Origin: Eledone cirrhosa | Taxonomy: Eukaryota | DNA length: 64,000 bases | Assembly (NCBI GenBank): GCA_964016885.1 | Contig: OZ024766.1 | Location: 4,464,001 to 4,528,000, forward strand | Direction of reading: 5' to 3' | Shown here: in pieces, positions 1 through 14,254 of the stretch | How the letters are laid out: every line of letters begins with the position of its first letter | How positions within the stretch are numbered: the stretch's first letter is position 1 | The notes under the pieces: model-generated | Seen by the model: the letters and a program-made list of their open reading frames with translations, nothing else | What the model was told of the DNA's origin: nothing | The model's database searches: none | Position numbers and translations under genes: made by a program

Positions 1-285
1 CCCTTAATATGGCCGTATGAGATCCTATGAGAAGTATACACCCTTAAACTGTTTCTTTCACCCTCTAACCTGGTATTGACCAAGGTTTAGCTGGCCGTAG
101 GATATCTTATGACAACTACACACCCTTAAACTGCTTGAATCACTCTCTAGCCTGGCATTGACCAGGGTTTAGCTGGCCGTAGGAGATCCTATGAGAAGTA
201 CACACCCTTAAACTGCTTCTTTCTCCCCTTAAACCTGGTATTGACCAGGGTTTAACTGTCTGTAGTAGATCCTAAACTGCTTCTA
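1..285. repeat. Degenerate ~82-bp tandem repeat (about 3.5 copies); the same motif recurs in the linker of the downstream satellite
   Basis: CACCCTTAAACTG...CCTGGYATTGACCARGGTTTAGCTGGCCGTAGGA...AGTACA recurs at ~40, ~122 and ~204; a homologous segment is at 1097-1200. Confidence 0.7.
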
Positions 286-869
286 TCGTCTACTAACCAG
301 ATATTGACCATAGATTTAAAGAAAATATAGAAAGATTGCAGAGACTGGTCAGTGGCAGAAATGAAATAAGAAATTTTCTAAAGAAAAAACACGTCTCTCG
401 TTGATGCTGGCGTTTTGTGTTAGATGATCTTGTTCTAAAAGGCAGTGATTGAACATGTCTAGCTGAAAAGGAAGACAAATTGTTTAGTATATAAGGCTGT
501 ACATGTGGGTTTATTATTCATCTGTACGGAGCTAAGAGGATATGTAAGTATAAGAGTGTGTGTGTAAGTATGAAGCTATAAGCATGTGTCTCTGTGTTAG
601 TTGTTGGTCCACTCAGAGCAGTGAAATAAAGTGTAGAAGGGTTTATTTTTGTTGATCTTTTTAAGCATGTGTATTTCTGACCATATAAATTTGAGTATAT
701 GTTAGTTAATTACAAACACTTCAGTTTGCATTGTAAAGCACTCAATGGAGTGCGCAACTGATGAGGTGATAGCCTCGCAACCTCTACTGAGATCAGCTCT
801 CACCACCTCTGCCAAGGTCTTCCTCTACTGTGACTTTCTTCCACTGGGATTTCATGGCACATCTTCACC

Positions 870-3800
870 CAAGAGTCATTATTCCACAGATCCCTCTCAA
901 GTATCTGCCCTTAACCCTTTAGTGTTCAAACCAACCAGAATTCTTTCTGCTGTAACTGGTCGCTTAAACTGATGTTAAGGTAGTGTTCTCAAAATAAATA
1001 CTTTCAAAATCTCATAGATTCGATATTATGGGAGATAAAGCCTTTACCATGAAAATAGAATAGTATATATAATGTGAATGCTAAAGGGTTAAAATGTTTC
1101 TTTCACCTTCTAACCTGGCATTGACTATGGTTTAGCTGGCCTTGGGAGATCTTATAGGAAGTACACAGCCTTAAATGGCTTCTTTCACATTCTTACCTGG
1201 CGTTCATCAGTCGTCTCTCTTGCACGTCACCTCAGATTCCTCTTAAACCTAGGTCTACCTCTACTGCAGCCTTCCTAGGAGTGGCTGGTTTGAACAGAAA
1301 GAGGGGAGAGAATTCTGGCCAGATATGGATGGTTTGAACAGAAAGAGGGGAGAGAATTCTGGCCAGATATAGCTGGTTTGAACAGAAAGAGGTGAGAGAA
1401 TTCTGGCCAGATACAGCTGGTTTGAATAGAAAGAGGGGAGAGAATTCTGGCCAGATACAGCTGGTTTGAACAGAAAGAGGTGAGAGAATTCTGGTCAGAT
1501 ATGGCTGGTTTGAATAGAAAGAGGTGAGAGAATTCTGGCCAGATACAGCTGGTTTGAACAGAAAGAAGTGAGAGAATTCTGGCCAGGTACAGCTGGTTTG
1601 AACAGAAAGAGGTGAGAGAATTCTGGCCAGATACAGCTGGTTTGAACAGACCGAGAGAATTCTGGCCAGATACAGCTGGTTTGAACAGAAAGAAGTGAGA
1701 GAATTCTGGCCAGATATGGCTGGTTTGAACAGAAAGAGGTTTAAATGCTAAAGGGTTATACATCTTCAACCAAGAGTCATTATACATACCAATGCAGTCT
1801 TCTCTTCTGCACTGCACAGCACCTCAGATCCCTCTCAAGTATCTGCCCTTAACCCTTTAATGGTCAAACCAACCAGAATTCTCTACCTCTTTCTGCTGTA
1901 ACTGGTCGCTCATACTGATGTTAAGGTAGTGTTCTCAAAATAAATACTTTCAAAATCTCATAGATTCGATATTATGGGAGATAAAGCCTTTACCATGAAA
2001 ATACATTAATATATATAATGTGAATGCTAAAGGGTTAAAATGTTTCTTTCGCCTTCTAACCTGGCATTGACTATGGTTTAGCTGGCCTTGGGGGATCTTA
2101 TAGGAAGTACACAGGCTTAAATGGCTTCTTTCACATTCTTACCTGGTGTTCATCAATCGTCTCTCTTGCATGTCACCTCAGATTCCTCTTAAACCTAGGT
2201 CTACCTCTACTGCAGCCTTCCTACGAGTGGCTGGTTTGAACAGAAAGAGGTGAGAGAATTCGGGCCAGATACAGCCGGTTTGAACAGAAAGAGGTGAGAG
2301 AATTCTGGCCAGATATGGCTGGTTTGAATAGAAAGAGGGGAGAGAATTCTGGCCAGATATGGCTGGTTTGAATAGAAAGAGGTGAGAGAATTCTGGCCAG
2401 ATATGGCTGGTTTGAATAGAAAGAGGGGAGAGAATTCTGGCCAGATATGGCTGGTTTGAATAGAAAGAGGGGAGAGAATTCTGGCCAGATATGGCTGGTT
2501 TGAACAGAAAGAGGTGAGAGAATTCGGGCCAGATACAGCTGGTTTGAACAGAAAGAGGTGAGAGAATTCTGGCCAGATACAGCTGGTTTGAACAGACCGA
2601 GAGAAATCTGGCCAGATACAGCTGGTTTGAACAGACCAAGAGAATTCTGGCCAGATACAGCTGGTTTGAAGAGAAAGAGGTGAGAGAATTCTGGCCAGAT
2701 ATGGCCGGTTTGAACAGAAAGAGGTTTAAATGCGAAAGGGTTATACATCTTCAACCAAGAGTCATTATACATACCAATGCAGTCTTCTCTTCTGCACAGC
2801 ACCTCAGATCCCTCTCAAGTATCTGCCCTTAACCCTTTAGTGTTCAAACCAACCAGAATTCTTTCTGCTCTAACTGGTCGCTTAAACTGATGTTAAGGTA
2901 GTGTTCTCAAAATAAATACTTTCAAAATCTCATAGATTCGATATTATGGGAGATAAAGCCTTTACCATGAAAATAGAATAGTATATATAATGTGAATGCT
3001 AAAGGGTTAAAATGTTTCTTTCACCTTCTAACCTGGCATTGACTATGGTTTAGCTGGCCTTGGGGGATCTTATAGGAAGTACACAGCCTTAAATGGCTTC
3101 TTTCACATTCTTACCTGGTGTTCATCAGTCGTCTCTCTTGCATGTCACCCCAGATTCCTCTTAAACCTAGGTCTACCTCTACTGCAGCCTTCCTACGAGT
3201 GGCTGGTTTGAACAGAAAGAGGTGAGAGAATTCGGGCCAGATACAGCCGGTTTGAACAGAAAGAGGTGAGAGAATTCTGGCCAGATATGGCTGGTTTGAA
3301 TAGAAAGAGGGGAGAGAATTCTGGCCAGATATGGCTGGTTTGAATAGAAAGAGGTGAGAGAATTCTGGCCAGATATGGCTGGTTTGAATAGAAAGAGGGG
3401 AGAGAATTCTGGCCAGATATGGCTGGTTTGAATAGAAAGAGGGGAGAGAATTCTGGCCAGATATGGCTGGTTTGAACAGAAAGAGGTGAGAGAATTCGGG
3501 CCAGATACAGCTGGTTTGAACAGAAAGAGGTGAGAGAATTCTGGCCAGATACAGCTGGTTTGAACAGACCGAGAGAAATCTGGCCAGATACAGCTGGTTT
3601 GAACAGACCAAGAGAATTCTGGCCAGATACAGCTGGTTTGAAGAGAAAGAGGTGAGAGAATTCTGGCCAGATATGGCCGGTTTGAACAGAAAGAGGTTTA
3701 AATGCGAAAGGGTTATACATCTTCAACCAAGAGTCATTATACATACCAATGCAGTCTTCTCTTCTGCACAGCACCTCAGATCCCTCTCAAGTATCTGCCC

Positions 3801-6800
3801 TTAACCCTTTAGTGTTCAAACCAACCAGAATTCTTTCTGCTCTAACTGGTCGCTTAAACTGATGTTAAGGTAGTGTTCTCAAAATAAATACTTTCAAAAT
3901 CTCATAGATTCGATATTATGGGAGATAAAGCCTTTACCATGAAAATAGAATAGTATATATAATGTGAATGCTAAAGGGTTAAAATGTTTCTTTCACCTTC
4001 TAACCTGGCATTGACTATGGTTTAGCTGGCCTTGGGGGATCTTATAGGAAGTACACAGCCTTAAATGGCTTCTTTCACATTCTTACCTGGTGTTCATCAG
4101 TCGTCTCTCTTGCATGTCACCCCAGATTCCTCTTAAACCTAGGTCTACCTCTACTGCAGCCTTCCTACGAGTGGCTGGTTTGAACAGAAAGAGGTGAGAG
4201 AATTCTGGCCAGATATGGCTGGTTTGAATAGAAAGAGGGGAGAGAATTCTGGCCAGATATGGCTGGTTTGAACAGAAAGAGGTGAGAGAATTCTGGCCAG
4301 ATATGGCTGGTTTGAACAGAAAGAGGTGAGAGAATTCTGGCCAGATATGGCTGGTTTGAATAGAAAGAGGGGAGAGAATTCTGGCCAGATATGGCTGGTT
4401 TGAATAGAAAGAGGTGAGAGAATTCGGGCCAGATACAGCTGGTTTGAAAAGAAAGAGGTGAGAGAATTCGGGCCAGATACAGCTGGTTTGAACAGACCGA
4501 GAGAAATCTGGCCAGATACAGCTGGTCTGGCCAGACCAAGAGAATTCTGGCCAGATACAGCTGGTTTGAACAGACCAAGAGAATTATGGCTGGTTTGAAC
4601 AGAAAGAGGTGAGAGAATTCTGGCCAGATATGGCTGGTTTGAACAGAAAGAGGTCAGAGAATTCTGGTTTGAACAGAAAGAGGTTTAAATGCTAAAGGGT
4701 TATACATCTTCAACCAAGAGTCATTATACATACCAATGCAGTCTTCTCTTCTGCACAGCACCTCAGATCCCTTTCAAGTATCTGCCCTTAACCCTTTAAT
4801 GTTCAAACCAACCAGAATTCTCTACCTCTTTCTGCTGTAACTGGTCGCTCATACTGATGTTAAGGTAGTGTTCTCAAAATAAATACTTTCAAAATCTGAG
4901 AGAATTCTAGCCAGATACAGCTGGTTTGAAGAGACCGAGAGAATTCTGGCCAGATACAGCTGGTTTGAACAGACCGAGAGAATTCTGGCCAGATACAGCC
5001 GGTTTGAACAGAAAGAGGTGAGAGAATTCTGGCTGGATATGGCTGGTTTGAATAGAAAGAGGTGAGAGAATTCTAGCTTGAACAGAAAGAGTTGAGAGAA
5101 TTCTGGCCAGATACAGCTGGTTTGAACAGAAAGAGGTTTAAATGCTAAAGGGTTATACATCTTCAACCAAGAGTCATTATACATACCAATGCAGTCTTCT
5201 CTTCTGCACGGCACCTCAGATCCCTTTCAAGTATCTGCCCTTAACCCTTTAGTGTTCAAACCAACCAGAATTCTTTCTGCTGTAACTGGTCGCTTAAACT
5301 GATGTTAAGGTAGTGTTCTCAAAATAAATACTTTCAAAATCTCATAGATTCGATATTATGGGAGATAAAGCCTTTACCATGAAAATACAATAATATATAT
5401 ATAATGCGAATGCTAAAGGGTTAAAATGTTTCTTTCACCTTCTAACCCGGCATTGACTATGGTTTAGCTGGCCTTGGGGGATCTTATAGGAAGTACACAG
5501 CCTTAAATGGCTTCTTTCACATTCTTACCTGGTGTTCATCAGTCGTCTCTCTTGCACGTCACCTCAGATTCCTCTTAAAAGAGGTGAGAGAATTTTGGCT
5601 AGATATGGCTGTTTTGAACAGAAAGAGGTGAGAGAATTCTGGCCAGATACAACTGGTTTGAACAGACCGAGAGAATTCTGGCTTGAACAGAAAGAGGTGA
5701 GAGAATTCTGGCCAGATACAGCTGGTTTGAACAGACCGAGAGAATTCTGGCCAGATACAGCTGGTTTGAACAGACCGAGAGAATTCTGGCCAGATACAGC
5801 TGGTTTGAACGGACCGAGAGAATTCTGGCCAGATACAGCTGGTTTGAACAGACCGAGAGAATTCTGGCCAGATACAGCTGGTTTGAACAGACCGAGAGAA
5901 TTCTGGCTAGATACAGCTGGTTTGAACAAACCGAGAGAATTCTGGCTAGATACAGCTGGTTTGAACAAACCGAGAGAATTCTGGCCAGATATGGCCGGTT
6001 TGAACAGAAAGAGGTTTAAATGCTAAAGGGTTATACATCTTCAACCAAGAGTCATTATACATACCAATGCAGTCTTCTCTTCTGCACAGCACCTCAGCGC
6101 CCTCTCAAGTATCTGCCCTTAACCCTTTATTGTTCAAACCAACCAGAATTCTCTACCTCTTTCTGCTGTAACTGATGTTAAGGTAGTGTTCTCAAAATAA
6201 ATACTTTCAAAATCTCATAGATTCGATATTATGGGAGATAAAGCCTTTACCATGAAAATACATTAGTATATATAATGTGAATGCTAAAGGGTTAAAATGT
6301 TTCTTTCACCTTCTAACCCGGCATTGGCTATGGTTTAGCTGGCCTTGGGAGATCTTATAGGAAGTACACAGCCTTAAATGGCTTCTTTCACATTCTTACC
6401 TGGTGTTCATCAGTCGTCTCTCTTGCACGTCACCTCAGATTCCTCTTAAACCAAGGTCTACCTCTACTGCAGCCTTCCTACGAGTGGCTGGTTTGAACAG
6501 AAAGAGGTGAGAGAATTCTGGCCAGATATAGCTGGTTTGAACAGAAAGAGGTGAGAGAATTCTGGCCAGATATGGCTGGTTTGAACAGAAAGAGGTGAGA
6601 GAATTCTGGCTAGATATGGCTGGTTTGAACAGAAAGAAGTGACAGAATTCTGGCCAGATACAGCTGGTTTGAACAGAAAGAAGTGAGAGAATTCTGGCCA
6701 GATATAGCTGGTTTGAACAGAAAGAAGTGAGAGAATTCCGACCAGAAATGGCTGGTTTGAACAGAAAGAAGTGAGAGAATTCTGGCCAGATACAGCTGGT

Positions 6801-9800
6801 TTGAACAGAAAGAGGTGAGAGAATTCTGGCCAGATACAGCTGGTTTGAACAGAAAGAGGTTTAAATGCTAAAGGGTTATACATCTTCAATCAAGAGTCAT
6901 TATACATACCAATGCAGTCTTCTCTTCTGCACAGCACCTCAGCGCCCTCTCAAGTATCTGCCCTTAACCCTTTATTGTTCAAACCAACCAGAATTCTCTA
7001 CCTCTTTCTGCTGTAACTGGTTGCTCATACTGATGTTAAGGTAGTGTTCTCAAAATAAATACTTTCAAAATCTGAGAGAATTCTAGCCAGATACAGCTGG
7101 TTTGAACAGACCGAGAGAATTCTGGCCAGATACAGCTGGTTTGAACAGACCGAGAGAATTCTGGCCAGATACAGCCGGTTTGAACAGAAAGAGGTGAGAG
7201 AATTCTGGCTGGATATGGCTGGTTTGAATAGAAAGAGGTGAGAGAATTCTAGCTTGAACAGAAAGAGTTGAGAGAATTCTGGCCAGATACAGCTGGTTTG
7301 AACAGAAAGAGGTTTAAATGCTAAAGGGTTATACATCTTCAACCAAGAGTCATTATACATACCAATGCAGTCTTCTCTTCTGCACGGCACCTCAGATCCC
7401 TTTCAAGTATCTGCCCTTAACCCTTTAGTGTTCAAACCAACCAGAATTCTTTCTGCTGTAACTGGTCGCTTAAACTGATGTTAAGGTAGTGTTCTCAAAA
7501 TAAATACTTTCAAAATCTCATAGATTCGATATTATGGGAGATAAAGCCTTTACCATGAAAATACATTAATATATATATAATGTGAATGCTAAAGGGTTAA
7601 AATGTTTCTTTCACCTTCTAACCCGGCATTGACTATGGTTTAGCTGGCCTTGGGGGATCTTATAGGAAGTACACAGCCTTAAATGGCTTCTTTCACATTC
7701 TTACCTGGTGTTCATCAGTCGTCTCTCTTGCACGTCACCTCAGATTCCTCTTAAAAGAGGTGAGAGAATTTTGGCTAGATATGGCTGTTTTGAACAGAAA
7801 GAGGTGAGAGAATTCTGGCCAGATACAACTGGTTTGAACAGACCGAGAGAATTCTGGCTTGAACAGAAAGAGGTGAGAGAATTCTGGCCAGATACAGCTG
7901 GTTTGAACAGACCGAGAGAATTCTGGCCAGATACAGCTGGTTTGAACAGACTGAGAGAATTCTGGCCAGATACAGCTGGTTTGAACAGACCGAGAGAATT
8001 CTGGCCAGATACAGCTGGTTTGAACAGACCGAGAGAATTCTGGCCAGATACAGCTGGTTTGAACAGACCGAGAGAATTCTGGCTAGATACAGCTGGTTTG
8101 AACAAACCGAGAGAATTCTGGCTAGATACAGCTGGTTTGAACAAACCGAGAGAATTCTGGCCAGATATGGCTGGTTTGAACAGAAAGAGGTTTAAATGCT
8201 AAAGGGTTATACATCTTCAACCAAGAGTCTCTGCTGTAACTGGTTGCTCATACTGATGTTAAGGTAGTGTTCTCAAAATAAATACTTTCAAAATCTGAGA
8301 GAATTCTAGCCAGATACAGCTGGTTTGAACAGACCGAGAGAATTCTGGCCAGATACAGCTGGTTTGAACAGACCGAGAGAATTCTGGCCAGATACAGCCG
8401 GTTTGAACAGAAAGAGGTGAGAGAATTCTGGCTGGATATGGCTGGTTTGAATAGAAAGAGGTGAGAGAATTCTAGCTTGAACAGAAAGAGTTGAGAGAAT
8501 TCTGGCCAGATACAGCTGGTTTGAACAGAAAGAGGTTTAAATGCTAAAGGGTTATACATCTTCAACCAAGAGTCATTATACATACCAATGCAGTCTTCTC
8601 TTCTGCACGGCACCTCAGATCCCTTTCAAGTATCTGCCCTTAACCCTTTAGTGTTCAAACCAACCAGAATTCTTTCTGCTGTAACTGGTCGCTTAAACTG
8701 ATGTTAAGGTAGTGTTCTCAAAATAAATACTTTCAAAATCTCATAGATTCGATATTATGGGAGATAAAGCCTTTACCATGAAAATACATTAATATATATA
8801 TAATGTGAATGCTAAAGGGTTAAAATGTTTCTTTCACCTTCTAACCCGGCATTGACTATGGTTTAGCTGGCCTTGGGGGATCTTATAGGAAGTACACAGC
8901 CTTAAATGGCTTCTTTCACATTCTTACCTGGTGTTCATCAGTCGTCTCTCTTGCACGTCACCTCAGATTCCTCTTAAAAGAGGTGAGAGAATTTTGGCTA
9001 GATATGGCTGTTTTGAACAGAAAGAGGTGAGAGAATTCTGGCCAGATACAACTGGTTTGAACAGACCGAGAGAATTCTGGCTTGAACAGAAAGAGGTGAG
9101 AGAATTCTGGCCAGATACAGCTGGTTTGAACAGACCGAGAGAATTCTGGCCAGATACAGCTGGTTTGAACAGACTGAGAGAATTCTGGCCAGATACAGCT
9201 GGTTTGAACAGACCGAGAGAATTCTGGCCAGATACAGCTGGTTTGAACAGACCGAGAGAATTCTGGCCAGATACAGCTGGTTTGAACAGACCGAGAGAAT
9301 TCTGGCTAGATACAGCTGGTTTGAACAAACCGAGAGAATTCTGGCTAGATACAGCTGGTTTGAACAAACCGAGAGAATTCTGGCCAGATATGGCTGGTTT
9401 GAACAGAAAGAGGTTTAAATGCTAAAGGGTTATACATCTTCAACCAAGAGTCATTATACATACCAATGCAGTCTTCTCTTCTGCACAGCACCTCAGATCC
9501 CTTTCAAGTATCTGCCCTTAACCCTTTAATGTTCAAACCAACCAGAATTCTCTACCTCTTTCTGCTGTAACTGATGTTAAAGTAGTGTTCTCAAAATAAA
9601 TAGTTTCAAAATCTCATAGATTCGATATTATGGGAGATAAAGCCTTTACCATGAAAATACATTAGTATATATAATGTGAATGCTAAAGGGTTAAAATGTT
9701 TCTTTCTCCTTCTAACCCGGCATTGGCTATGGTTTAGCTGGCCTTGGGAGATCTTATAGGAAGTACACAGCCTTAAATGGCTTCTTTCACATTCTTACCT

Positions 9801-11810
9801 GGTGTTCATCAGTCGTCTCTCTTGCACGTCACCTCAGATTCCTCTTAAACCAAGGTCTACCTCTACTGCAGCCTTCCTACGAGTGGCTGGTTTGAACAGA
9901 AAGAGGTGAGAGAATTCTGGCCAGATATAGCTGGTTTGAACAGAAAGAGGTGAGAGAATTCTGGCCAGATATGGCTGGTTTGAACAGAAAGAGGTGAGAG
10001 AATTCTGGCTAGATATGGCTGGTTTGAACAGAAAGAAGTGACAGAATTCTGGCCAGATACAGCTGGTTTGAACAGAAAGAAGTGAGAGAATTCTGGCCAG
10101 ATATAGCTGGTTTGAACAGAAAGAAGTGAGAGAATTCCGACCAGAAATGGCTGGTTTGAACAGAAAGAAGTGAGAGAATTCTGGCCAGATACAGCTGGTT
10201 TGAACAGAAAGAGGTGAGAGAATTCTGGCCAGATACAGCTGGTTTGAACAGAAAGAGGTTTAAATGCTAAAGGGTTATACATCTTCAATCAAGAGTCATT
10301 ATACATACCAATGCAGTCTTCTCTTCTGCACAGCACCTCAGCGCCCTCTCAAGTATCTGCCCTTAACCCTTTATTGTTCAAACCAACCAGAATTCTCTAC
10401 CTCTTTCTGCTGTAACTGGTCGCTCATACTGATGTTAAGGTAGTGTTCTCAAAATAAATACTTTCAAAATCTGAGAGAATTCTAGCCAGATACAGCTGGT
10501 TTGAACAGACCGAGAGAATTCTGGCCAGATACAGCTGGTTTGAACAGACCGAGAGAATTCTGGCCAGATACAGCTGGTTTGAACAGAAAGAGGTGAGAGA
10601 ATTCTGGCTGGATATGGCTGGTTTGAATAGAAAGAGGTGAGAGAATTCTAGCTTGAACAGAAAGAGTTGAGAGAATTCTGGCCAGATACAGCTGGTTTGA
10701 ACAGAAAGAGGTTTAAATGCTAAAGGATTATACATCTTCAACCAAGAGTCATTATACATACCAATGCAGTCTTCTCTTCTGCACGGCACCTCAGATCCCT
10801 TTCAAGTATCTGCCCTTAACCCTTTAGTGTTCAAACCAACCAGAATTCTTTCTGCTGTAACTGGTCGCTTAAACTGATGTTAAGGTAAGTGTTCTCAAAA
10901 TAAATACTTTCAAAATCTCATAGATTCGATATTATGGGAGATAAAGCCTTTACCATGAAAATACATTAATATATATATAATGTGAATGCTAAAGGGTTAA
11001 AATGTTTCTTTCACCTTCTAACCCGGCATTGACTATGGTTTAGCTGGCCTTGGGGGATCTTATAGGAAGTACACAGCCTTAAATGGCTTCTTTCACATTC
11101 TTACCTGGTGTTCATCAGTCGTCTCTCTTGCACGTCACCTCAGATTCCTCTTAAAAGAGGTGAGAGAATTTTGGCTAGATATGGCTGTTTTGAACAGAAA
11201 GAGGTGAGAGAATTCTGGCCAGATACAACTGGTTTGAACAGACCGAGAGAATTCTGGCTTGAACAGAAAGAGGTGAGAGAATTCTGGCCAGATACAGCTG
11301 GTTTGAACAGACAGAGAATTCTGGCCAGATACAGCTGGTTTGAACAGACCAAGAGAATTCTGGCTAGATACAGCTGGTTTGAACAGACCGAGAGAATTCT
11401 GGCTAGATACAGCTGGTTTGAACAGACCGAGAGAATTCTGGCTAGATACAGCTGGTTTGAACAGACCGAGAGAATTCTGGCTAGATACAGCTGGTTTGAA
11501 CAGACCGAGAGAATTCTGGCTAGATACAGCTGGTTTGAACAGACCGAGAGAATTCTGGCTAGATACAGCTGGTTTGAACAGACCGAGAGAATTCTGGCTA
11601 GATACAGCTGGTTTGAACAGACCGAGAGAATTCTGGCTAGATACAGCTGGTTTGAACAGACCGAGAGAATTCTGGCTAGATACAGCTGGTTTGAACAGAC
11701 CGAGAGAATTCTGGCCAGATATGACTGGTTTGAACAGAAAGAGGTGAGAGAATTCCGGCTAGATATGGCTGGTTTGAACAGAAAGAGGTTTAAATGCTAA
11801 AGGGTTATAT
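870..11810. repeat. Compound higher-order satellite: 0.6-1.0 kb units, each a linker plus an array of 44-bp/39-bp monomers
   Basis: Monomers GAGAGAATTCTGGCCAGATAYRGCTGGTTTGAACAGAAAGAGGT (44 bp) and ...GAACAGACC (39 bp). Identical repeat-derived ORFs recur at offsets of 972 bp (2221/3193) and 2176 bp (4849/7025, 8248/10424). Confidence 0.95.
911..1092. mobile_element. piggyBac-like MITE (first of many copies inside the satellite)
   Basis: TTAA-CCCTTTAG at 911-922 and CTAAAGGG-TTAA at 1081-1092: terminal inverted repeats with CCC/GGG ends and TTAA on both sides; no coding capacity. Confidence 0.7.
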
Positions 11811-11945
11811 GGTCTTGATTTTATTAACTAGAGAACAAGGTCACTTCAGAAAATCTCTACATCCCAGAACCACATCATGAGACTTATGAGTGGCAAATAA
11901 CTCTGCGACCCTCTCTATCAATCAGTTACTCAATATTACCAAGTT

Positions 11946-13887
11946 TAACCCACTAATTCTCTTACCTCTTTCTGTTCAAACCGGCTGTAAGTGGCTGCTT
12001 ATACTGACATTAAGGTATTCTTCTCAAAATAAATAATATCAAAATCTCATAGATTTGATATTGTGGGATAATTATGTGAGGTAAATATAATAGTATATAT
12101 AGAGTAATGTAAATGTTATGTGAGGCAAAGCCTTTACTGTGACAATACAATAGTATATATAGAGTAATGTAAATGTTGTGAGGTAAAGCCTTTACTGTGA
12201 AAATACAATAGTATATATAGAGTAATGTAAATGTTATGTGAGGTAAAGCCTTTATTGTGAAAATACAATAGTATATATAGAGTAATGTAAATGTTATGTG
12301 AGATAAAGCCTTTACTGTGAAAATACAATAGTATATATAGAGTAATGTAAATGTTATGTGAGGTAAAGACTTTACTGTGACAATACAATAGTATATATAG
12401 AGTAATGTAAATGTTGTGTGAGGTATTATGTGAGGTAAAGCCTTTACTGTGAAAATACAATAGTATATATAGAGTAATGTAAATGTTATGTGAGATATTA
12501 TGTGAGGTAAAGCCTTTACTGTGACAATACAATAGTATATATAGAGTAATGTAAATGTTATGTGAGATATTATGTGAGGTAAAGCCTTTACTGTGAAAAT
12601 ACAATAGTATATATAGAGTAATGTAAATGTTATGTGAGGTAAAGCCTTTACTGTGACAATACAATAGTATATATAGAGTAATGTAAATGTTATGTGAGGT
12701 ATTATGTGAGGTAAAGTCTTTACTGTGACAATACAATAGTATATATAGAGTAATGTAAATGTTATGTGAGGTAAAGTCTTTACTGTGACAATACAATAGT
12801 ATATATAGAGTAATGTAAATGTTATGTGAGATATTATGTGAGGTAAAGCCTTTACTGTGACAATACAATAGTATATATATAGAGTAATGTAAATGTTATG
12901 TGAGGTAAAGCCTTTACTGTGAAAATACAATAGTATATATAGAGTAATGTAAATGTTATGTGAGGTAAAGCCTTTACTGTGAAAATACAATAGTATATAT
13001 AGAGTAATGTAAATGTTATGTGAGGTAAAGCCTTTACTGTGAAAATACAATAGTATATATAGAGTAATGTAAATGTTATGTGAGGTAAAGTCTTTACTGT
13101 GACAATACAATAGTATATATAGAGTAATGTAAATGTTATGTGAGGTAAAGTCTTTACTGTGACAATACAATAGTATATATAGAGTAATGTAAATGTTATG
13201 TGAGGTAAAGCCTTTACTGTGACAATACAATAGTATATATAGAGTAATGTAAATGTTATGTGAGATATTATGTGAGGTAAAGCCTTTACTGTGACAATAC
13301 AATAGTATATATAGAGTAATGTAAATGTTATGTGAGATATTATGTGAAGTAAAGCCTTTACTGTGAAAATACAATAGTATATATAGAGTAATGTAAATGT
13401 TATGTGAGATATTATGTGAGGTAAAGCCTTTACTGTGAAAATACAATAGTATATATAGAGTAATGTAAATGTTATGTGAGATATTATGTGAGGTAAAGTC
13501 TTTACTGTGAAAATACAATAGTATATATAGAGTAAAGTAAATGTTATGTGAGATATTATGTGAGGTAAAACCTTTACTGTGAAAATACAATAGTATATAT
13601 AGAGTAATGTAAATGTTATGTGAGGTAAAGCCTTTACTGTGAAAATACAATAGTATATATAGAGTAATGTAAATGTTATGTGAGATATTATGTGAGGTAA
13701 AGTCTTTACTGTGAAAATACAATAGTATATATAGAGTAAAGTAAATGTTATGTGAGGTAAAGCCTTTACTGTGACAATACAATAGTATATATAGAGTAAT
13801 GTAAATGTTATGTGAGATATTATGTGAGGTAAAACCTTTACTGTGAAAATACAATAGTATATATAGAGTAATGTAAATGGTAAAGGG
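11946..13887. mobile_element. Diverged copy of the same MITE, inflated by an internal minisatellite
   Basis: Begins TTAACCC, continues with the MITE body (TTAAGGTA..TTCTCAAAATAAATA..TCAAAATCTCATAGATT) and ends ATGTAAATGGTAAAGGG, a decayed right TIR. Confidence 0.6.
12072..13878. repeat. 60/72-bp minisatellite, about 28 copies
   Basis: Unit TGAGGTAAAGCCTTTACTGTGAAAATACAATAGTATATATAGAGTAATGTAAATGTTATG with an optional 12-bp internal duplication (TGAGATATTATG). Confidence 0.95.
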
Positions 13888-14254
13888 ACAAACTCTGCTG
13901 GTGGTGATCAAACTTTATGGAGCACATCATCTCCCGTTGACATGCAGTCTACAGACTCAGCGCAGCGAGCATCTTGGAACTCAATTAAAAACCACAAAGA
14001 CATTTCATTTATTGTTATTTTTATTCTTAATTTTATTCTTAATTTTATTTTTAAGCAAATTTAATTTCCATATGTTACAAACATGAAGTGGGGGGTAGGG
14101 GGCTCCCAGTCCACACTGTAATGTGGTCTTGTAGGAGACACGGTAAAAAGGCTCCCAGTTCACACTGTAAATGTGGTTGGTGTTAGGAAGGGCATCCAGT
14201 TGTAAAAATCCGGCTGAAACCATGCTAGGGCACCGCCCTCGTTGCTATACATTT

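Noticed and set aside
1275-13911. Many 120-630 aa repetitive ORFs (REFWPDTAGLNRP, HNIYITLYILLY and similar)
   Set aside because: Translations of 39/44/60-bp satellite monomers; open on both strands and broken by frame-shifting unit variants.
14165-14215. GGTTGGTGTTAGGAAGGGCATCCAG motif, reminiscent of an abundant interspersed repeat
   Set aside because: Too short to assign a family or structure from sequence alone.
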